From a virus (taxonomy: Duplodnaviria; Caudoviricetes), in the IMG/VR virus record IMGVR_UViG_3300037991_001091, positions 1 to 36,295 of that record: 36,295 bases of DNA, one strand, 5' to 3'. Below are positions 9,445-16,200 of the stretch, one piece after another; position 1 is the first letter of the stretch; every line of letters starts with the position of its first letter. A model generated the notes under the pieces. That model worked only from the letters and a program-made list of their open reading frames with translations, did no database searches and was not told where the DNA came from. The position numbers and the translations under genes were made by a program.

Positions 9445-10173
9445 ATGAAAAATAAAATCTACGTTTTAAAAAGTAAAGCTGCACCGTTAAGCTTTATTCT
9501 GGCTTCAAGAAACACTCATAGAAAGCCACTTCTACATTTCGACGGAAAAACTAACAGAGCGCTTAGATACGCTTCAAATCAAAAAAGCCCATTTGAGGAC
9601 GAACAGGATGGTAATGCTATATTAGAGCCTGTTGTTTTTGAAAATGGATTTTTAACTGTTCCTGAAACAAATCCTGTGTTACAGAAATTCCTTGAACTTC
9701 ACCCAGGTAATGGGCAAGTATTCGAAGAAGTAAACACAGAAAAAAATGCTCAGGCAGAACTCGACATTATAAACTACGAGGTAGACGCTCTTATCGCTGC
9801 CAAGCAAATGGATATCTCTACAATGGAAACTGTGGCTAGAGTTTATCTTGGTTCAAGAGTAGACTCAATGACTACTGCTGAGATTAAAAGAGATGTGTTG
9901 ATGTTCGCTAAGCGAAACCCTCAAGCATTCTTGGAGTCTATAGAAGATTCTACTATTGAAATTCAAGATTTAGTGGCTAGACTATTTAATAATAGCTTAC
10001 TATCTCTTAGAAATAAAAACAAAGAGGTATACTACAACCTTCCAAATAATAAGAAAAAGCTAATTAACGTTCCTTACGGTGAAGACCCAAGAGACGTTGT
10101 GCTCGGCTTACTTATCAAAGACGAGGAGGTTATGAATGCACTCGAAAAACAATTGAAGAAAATAGAGGTATAA
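9445..10173 (+). CDS. Hypothetical protein downstream of the capsid gene (242 aa)
   Basis: Clean ORF with an A-rich leader (AAATTAAATCAAATG); no motif recognised. Confidence 0.75.
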   Translation: MKNKIYVLKSKAAPLSFILASRNTHRKPLLHFDGKTNRALRYASNQKSPFEDEQDGNAILEPVVFENGFLTVPETNPVLQKFLELHPGNGQVFEEVNTEKNAQAELDIINYEVDALIAAKQMDISTMETVARVYLGSRVDSMTTAEIKRDVLMFAKRNPQAFLESIEDSTIEIQDLVARLFNNSLLSLRNKNKEVYYNLPNNKKKLINVPYGEDPRDVVLGLLIKDEEVMNALEKQLKKIEV

Positions 10174-10187
10174 TAAATATTTATTTC

Positions 10188-10195
10188 TATATTTG
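10188..10195 (+). promoter_or_regulatory. Bacteroidota-type -7 promoter element (TATATTTG)
   Basis: Exact TAnnTTTG match, intergenic, about 30 nt upstream of a terminator hairpin. Confidence 0.5.
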
Positions 10196-10226
10196 ATTCG
10201 ATAGATAGTTCATAATTATTGTTTAG

Positions 10227-10251
10227 AGAGCCCTTCGGGGCTCTTTTTTTT
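10227..10251 (+). terminator. Intrinsic terminator
   Basis: AGAGCCC-TTCG-GGGCTCT stem with a C(UUCG)G tetraloop, then a T-run. Confidence 0.92.
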
Positions 10252-10257
10252 ATTTAT

Positions 10258-10265
10258 TATATTTG
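10258..10265 (+). promoter_or_regulatory. Bacteroidota-type -7 promoter element (TATATTTG)
   Basis: Exact TAnnTTTG match just after the terminator and 4 nt before ATG 10270. Confidence 0.6.
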
Positions 10266-10269
10266 CGCT

Positions 10270-10884
10270 ATGGAAAAATATTTACGTATAAACTCACTAG
10301 CCATAGCCAAGGCTGGGGATACAAGTGTTGCTCCCAACACAAACAATGAATTAAAAGGAAGTGGAGCTGTTGATTTCACAGTAGTAGCTGAAGCAGGAGA
10401 CTTTGTCTTAACTTCAACAGGTGGTAACAATGGCCCTGCGTATTCGCTTGACAAAGTAGTAAGCGTAACTGACGCTGACGAATTAATACTAAACACAACT
10501 TCCACGTTTGCCATACCAGCGAGCAAGCAATTTAACATATATGATAAGGATACTCGAAGAGATAATATCATTAGTTGTAACGATATCGTATCTATAGTTC
10601 AAGTCGGAGGTCTAAGAGATTTTACTGCTGGCTCTCCAATTGTTGGGCTAGTGTATAATGGCATTGAGATTCAATATGCAGGCGGAGCATTAATGACTAT
10701 TGTGTTCGAGGGCAATGACCCAAACGAAACTAAAGCAGGTCTTTTCCTTGACGCTCTTATCAATCAGATAGAAACACACTTGCAATCTAGTGCTACTAAA
10801 GTAATGGCAGACTTTGTAATTCCTCCAAACTCAGAAGAGTTCGTGGTACTACAGAGAGGTTCAGCAGCTGTTGCAGTTTCTTAG
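10270..10884 (+). CDS. Putative virion protein (204 aa); paralog of 10927..11235 carrying an inserted beta module
   Basis: The track start at 10219 (TTG) runs through the terminator, so ATG 10270 (MEKYL) is preferred. Similarity to the next gene seen by eye. Confidence 0.7.
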   Translation: MEKYLRINSLAIAKAGDTSVAPNTNNELKGSGAVDFTVVAEAGDFVLTSTGGNNGPAYSLDKVVSVTDADELILNTTSTFAIPASKQFNIYDKDTRRDNIISCNDIVSIVQVGGLRDFTAGSPIVGLVYNGIEIQYAGGALMTIVFEGNDPNETKAGLFLDALINQIETHLQSSATKVMADFVIPPNSEEFVVLQRGSAAVAVS

Positions 10885-10892
10885 TATATTTG
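10885..10892 (+). promoter_or_regulatory. Bacteroidota-type -7 promoter element (TATATTTG)
   Basis: Exact TAnnTTTG match; the 12-mer TTAGTATATTTG recurs at 20806-20817. Confidence 0.6.
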
Positions 10893-10898
10893 CATAGT

Positions 10899-10928
10899 AT
10901 TTTTTTTACCATAAATTTTTTTTACCAT
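10899..10928 (+). repeat. Perfect 14-bp direct repeat ATTTTTTTTACCAT x2
   Basis: Copies at 10899-10912 and 10915-10928; the second copy runs into the ATG at 10927. Confidence 0.8.
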
Positions 10929-11235
10929 GGATACAAAGTATTTAGAAGTAACTGTCAAGAACGAGCAAACTCAGTTGGTTCGTATCAATGACATTATTAT
11001 TGTAGAGCAAGCGGCTGACAATAAAGTTGAAATCACCTATGTTGGTGGCAAGAAAGTGACTATTAATCACGACACTATGGCCGCTAACAACGAGGAGGTT
11101 AGAGATAGAGTTGAGTCAACAATTGTTGATGCGTTGCAAACAAAGTGGAGAGATGTTGTTCATCCTCTTTCTTTAGCAGGTATTGCTGACACTGGAGGTG
11201 CTGTACCTGAAGTAACATCTATTGATATTGCTTAA
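10927..11235 (+). CDS. Hypothetical protein (102 aa), probably virion-associated
   Basis: Clean ORF bracketed by its own promoter-like motif and terminator, within the structural module. Confidence 0.75.
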   Translation: MDTKYLEVTVKNEQTQLVRINDIIIVEQAADNKVEITYVGGKKVTINHDTMAANNEEVRDRVESTIVDALQTKWRDVVHPLSLAGIADTGGAVPEVTSIDIA

Positions 11236-11259
11236 TAAACTATATTTTTAGTTTTAACT

Positions 11260-11284
11260 AGGGGTCGGTTTCGACCCCTTTTTT
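11260..11284 (+). terminator. Intrinsic terminator
   Basis: AGGGGTCG-GTTT-CGACCCCT 8-bp stem followed by a T-run. Confidence 0.9.
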
Positions 11285-11290
11285 ATTTTG

Positions 11291-11298
11291 TATCTTTA
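11291..11298 (+). promoter_or_regulatory. Possible -7 promoter element (TATCTTTA)
   Basis: One mismatch to TAnnTTTG, between the terminator and ATG 11304. Confidence 0.4.
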
Positions 11299-11303
11299 GC
11301 GTT

Positions 11304-12278
11304 ATGATTAACGAAGTTCGCCAAACTGTACTCGCTATAGCGAATAAAAACAACTACGGATATATACCACCAGAGGATTTCAATAACTATGCACGGCATG
11401 CTCAGTTGGATGCATTCAAGGAGTTTTTCTATGATTATAATGACCAAGTAAATAGACTTAACAAGAGGGTTGCGGTCAATCAGTCTACAGCGGTGAGCGC
11501 TTCTACAAACGAGGCATATGGAGACCTCGCAGAGCGTAAGCGGCAAGTTATAGAGATATTCTCAGAAATAAAATCACTAGACAATATTGCTAGCAGTGGA
11601 AGTCACGTTTTTGACAGGCCTAGCGACTTATACCTTCTTAATAAGCTAGTATACTACAACACGCAAAATGCTTCGGGCACACAAACTGCTTTTAGCGCTA
11701 CGCCTACTGCGCCAACACTAACTGACAGTGGGGCTACATTTACCACTTCTGTTTCCGTTGGTGATTTGGTGGTGAATACATACACATCAGACACGGCGTT
11801 TGTAACGTCTGTCACTGATACTATACTAGGCCTCACGGAAGACATATTTAAAAACTTAGGAGGTGGATTATCTATGACATACAAAATATTTAATCCAAGC
11901 AAATACTCAGAGATTGAGATTCAAGACCCGTCAAAAATTTGGTCTCTTGATTCGTCGAACCTAACTAAGCCTACTACTATGTTCCCATCGTGCTTAATCC
12001 AAGGAAACAACGTAATTATGTACCCCAATAGTATAACCAACAAGGGTAGCGTAATTGCACAATACATTAGAGAACCACTTGACCCTGCGTGGACAGGATT
12101 TGCTGAGGGTTTATTTAACCCTTCAGAGCCAGGATATCAGGACTTTGAGTTGCCCGAATCAGAGATTCCACTACTTGTAAATAAGATATTACAGTTAGCT
12201 GGCGTTTCAATCAGAGACGAGCAAATTTATCAATATACGGTGGGACAAGCATCAATTGAAGACACACAAGATAAGTAA
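11304..12278 (+). CDS. Putative head-tail adaptor/tail ring (tail tubular-like) protein with an inserted beta module
   Basis: N-terminal helical NKNNYGYIPPEDFN, central RPSDLY, C-terminal AQYIREP and DFELP...LVNKILQLAGVSIR. Position and pattern fit podovirus ring/adaptor proteins (inference). Confidence 0.55.
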   Translation: MINEVRQTVLAIANKNNYGYIPPEDFNNYARHAQLDAFKEFFYDYNDQVNRLNKRVAVNQSTAVSASTNEAYGDLAERKRQVIEIFSEIKSLDNIASSGSHVFDRPSDLYLLNKLVYYNTQNASGTQTAFSATPTAPTLTDSGATFTTSVSVGDLVVNTYTSDTAFVTSVTDTILGLTEDIFKNLGGGLSMTYKIFNPSKYSEIEIQDPSKIWSLDSSNLTKPTTMFPSCLIQGNNVIMYPNSITNKGSVIAQYIREPLDPAWTGFAEGLFNPSEPGYQDFELPESEIPLLVNKILQLAGVSIRDEQIYQYTVGQASIEDTQDK

Positions 12279-13201
12279 TGGCATATTTGACAGGATATCA
12301 ATATTATGAAAACGCAGGAGCCACTCCTGAAAATGCTAACTGGGGTTCCTATCAGTATGTATCCCTATCAGACATCGTAAAGAACTTTATGATGATGTAT
12401 ACAGGACAAGATAAATTGTTAGCAAACGTATCTAGGGCTCAGATTATATTTCACGCTAAGCGTGGTATCCAAGAATTAAACTACGACGCATTCAAGGAGA
12501 TTAAAGCGTTAGAGCTAGATGTTTGTGATGACTTAAGATTTATCCTTCCTAACGACTATGTTAATTGGGTTAGAATATCTATGTTTAAAGACGGCTGTCT
12601 ATATCCGCTCACTGAAAATATTCAAATAAATAGTGCAAAGGCTTACCTACAAGACAATGACTGCAATATATTATTTGATGAACTAGGGAACATTATTCAA
12701 CCTGAGCAGTCAGGATTAGACATAGGCAGAATAAATAAAACAAATAAAAGTATATACTTAAACGAGGGGAGCAAGTATCACGGCCAAGAGGCATATCTCA
12801 TCGACAATAGATACTACTTTGACTTTCCAATTGGAGCTAGGTATGGGCTAAACTCAGAGACGGCTAACTCAAACCCTACGTTTAAGATTGATAATAAGGG
12901 TGGCGTAATAAACTTTTCATCAGGAATGGGTGGAGAAACGTGCATCGTTGAATATATTTCTGATGGCATGGAGGGTGGAGATGATTCACTCGTGAGTGTG
13001 AACAAGTTGTTTGAGGAATATATATACGCTTACATAAAATATATGCTTATTAATTCAAGGGTTGGTATTCAGGAATATGTTGTTAGAAGGTCTCAAAAAG
13101 ACAAGTCCACGCTACTTAGAAATGCTAAGATTAGAATGAGCAACATTCATCCTGGAAGATTGCTAATGAATTTAAGAGCACAAGGAAACATAATTAAATA
13201 A
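12278..13201 (+). CDS. Putative tail ring/adaptor structural protein
   Basis: Translationally coupled on both sides (TAATG). Motifs ILPNDYVNWVRIS and IVEYISDG are typical of adaptor/ring proteins. Confidence 0.55.
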   Translation: MAYLTGYQYYENAGATPENANWGSYQYVSLSDIVKNFMMMYTGQDKLLANVSRAQIIFHAKRGIQELNYDAFKEIKALELDVCDDLRFILPNDYVNWVRISMFKDGCLYPLTENIQINSAKAYLQDNDCNILFDELGNIIQPEQSGLDIGRINKTNKSIYLNEGSKYHGQEAYLIDNRYYFDFPIGARYGLNSETANSNPTFKIDNKGGVINFSSGMGGETCIVEYISDGMEGGDDSLVSVNKLFEEYIYAYIKYMLINSRVGIQEYVVRRSQKDKSTLLRNAKIRMSNIHPGRLLMNLRAQGNIIK

Positions 13202-16200
13202 TGAAAGAAACTAGGTCTTTCCTTAAAGGGCGCATGAATAAAGGCGTCGACAAGCGCATCCTACCAGAGGGCGAATATATTGACGCTATGAATATAAGGG
13301 TTAATAGCCCTGGCAACAATGACGACATAGGTGCTGTGCAAAATGTGAAGGGAAGCCGAAGGCTAACTGAATTAGAGTTTGCAGGTCAGAGATTGTCATT
13401 TGCTGCTAAGTGTATCGGAGCATTTGCTGACGACACAAACGAAACTATATATTGGTTTGTTCACGACCCAGGGGGGACAAATGCTGACGGTCAAACTGCT
13501 GTTGCGGTAGATATGATTGTGTCTTACAACATGAACACAGACCAACTCTTATATCATGTCATATCAGTTAGTGTATTAAATTTCAATCCAAAATACCTAA
13601 TTACAGGAGTAAATAGGATTGATGACTTACTTTTTTTTACTGACGATTTAAACCCTCCTAGGAGAATAAATGTAAATAGACACTATGCGTTCCCTACAGG
13701 GGCAAGTCCATATACAGACGCTCTTACGGAAGATGACATCAGTGTTATTGTGAAGCCACCAGCACTACCACCATCAATAAAAATGGTCAACACTGGTGCT
13801 GAAGAAAATTTTATTGACGACAAGCTTATCGCATTTGCGTATAGGTATAAGTACAGAGACGGGGAATGTAGCGCATTGTCTTCATTTAGTGAGTTGGCTT
13901 TTCAGGCTAAAAAGTTTGAATTTAATCGCTCTTCATATGATAATGGCGGGATGGAGAACAGGTTCAATGCTGTTGAAGTAACATTTAACACGGGCCCCAA
14001 TAGCGTAGATAGCATTCAATTGTGTTATAAGGTGAGCGACACTAACACCATCAGTGTAGTTCAGACCTACGACAAAAATGATTTAGGATACCCCGACAAT
14101 ATAGACAAAACAATTGTGTTTGATAATAGCAAGGCATATGCTGCACTACCATCAAATCAATTAGCTAGGGCATACGACAACGTTCCACTAAAGGCAAAGG
14201 CACAAACCATATCAGGCAACAGGCTTGTTTATGGTAATTATAACGACGGAAGAGACCTAACTGATTCGGATGGGAATGATGTTAAAATAGCATACACGTC
14301 TGAAAGAAAAATAAATACTGACGACTTTTTTAAGACTTCTGCGAACACGACCATTAACACAATTACATATGACATTGAGACTCCTTCCGCTACTAGGTCT
14401 GTCGAGGGCAAGGTTACAGTTGATTTTTCTGATGTCAGCTTGGAAAAGGATAATGAAATAAGCCTAATATTCTATTTTACTAGAGACGACTCTGTATCCA
14501 CATACTCGCTTTTAACTGACGAGGTTAAAACTTTTGAAGCTGAAATAAGCTACGTATTACCTAAAACATACACATCTATTTATGAAGTTTTCTCTAGTGA
14601 TGAGTTTAAGAGAGCACTAGGATATTTAGATAGTACGGGCACAAACCTAAATTTTATAAATACATCTAGCACATTAAACAACAATCCTATGTGTGGGGTG
14701 TCTAGTAATTTCACGGAGGAGTATATATGTGCTTACGAAAGAATAAGAAATCGCTCGAACCTAACAATGCTAGGAGATGGCATAAATGGAATAGGTGCTA
14801 CAGTAGGTTTACTTGTACAGACTAAGCCAATAGAAATAACCACAAATCCAGGAAGTAATGATGTGGGCTTTAGTTTTCCTGCATTCAAAGTTTCTCATGA
14901 TGGCGCTAATTATTATGAGTACTTCGACGTTACGGCAGTTGACTTTTTCTCTTCTCAAATTGGTAATGGTCAAAAGTCGTTGCATAGTAATAGAGACTAT
15001 GACCTTGGCATTGTTTATTTGGACGAATACAATAGAGCGACTACGGTGCTTACTTCAGAGAACAATACCACATATGTTCCCGCAAGTGGTAGTGATGAAA
15101 TCAATATAGTTAGGGCAAGAATACCTCTGACTCAAAAACCACCTGCGTGGGCTAAGAAATACAAATTCTTTTTAAAGTGCTCTGGAGGCAACTACGATAC
15201 AATATTTTCTGACGTAGCATATATCGACAATACCGATGGAACTTGCTACTTCAAGTTAGAGGGTGATAACCAAAACAAGATGAAGACGGGTGACGTTCTC
15301 ACCGTCAAGGCAGACTCATCAGGGACTTTAAATAAACTCTCTAAGGTTACTGTTTTAGATATTGAAGCGTTTGGGGAGAATGACGTTCCTGGTAATACTA
15401 CTTCACTTCAAGGTCTTTATATGTCTATAAAGCCAGAAAACAAAATGAGTGTTGAAAGTGTGGGCACAGAAATAATTAATATAAGCCCAGAATCAAAATC
15501 AACACGAGGGGGCGCACAGCCTTCTATGTTTATAAAACTTTACGAGGAGACTGGGTCTCCTTCCGCTGCTGACAACTATCCTATAAACGCAGGTGATTTA
15601 GTTTCTTTAAGAATAACTCATCAAAGAGAGGGGACTACAGCAAGATGTGAGGAAATAATTGACGAGTTTAGAATAGACAATTTTGTAGCTCAAGCCGATT
15701 ACGCAAACTTCAAGGAGTTTTTTGATGGCCATAACGGCGGTATAAATTGGAACGACATTAAGTTTGACTCAGGGGCAGGAACTTTAGATGCAAGATATTA
15801 TAGTGCACTAGGAACATCTCAACCACCACTTAGCGCCGCAACATTCCAAGGAGCTCCTCAAGGAGAGCATAGGTTTCAGTTTGTGGCAGACTCAAATGGT
15901 AGAATACTACTCAAAACACAAGCAGGAAGAAAAGGGTGTAGGCGTCTAAAGAAAATGAAAACCACAGGTAAGGTTAAAATCATTAAAAACTCAGGTTTTT
16001 ACGCATTTGAAACCCAAGCCCAAGAAATAACATCAGAAATATACTACGAAGGAAATCAAGTTTTTGATATAGCCAATGATAGTGCGAGCAAATTAGTGCA
16101 CAAGGGAAATGTTCAAAATCAGGATACAGCTACTAGCACAGATGCGATATGCGACTTAAACTTTCACAACTGCTACACTTTCTTCAATGGCGTAGAGTCA

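Noticed and set aside
10219-10269. TTG-start N-terminal extension of the 10270 gene
   Set aside because: It runs through a terminator hairpin and promoter motif; the paralog begins at the equivalent of MEKYL.
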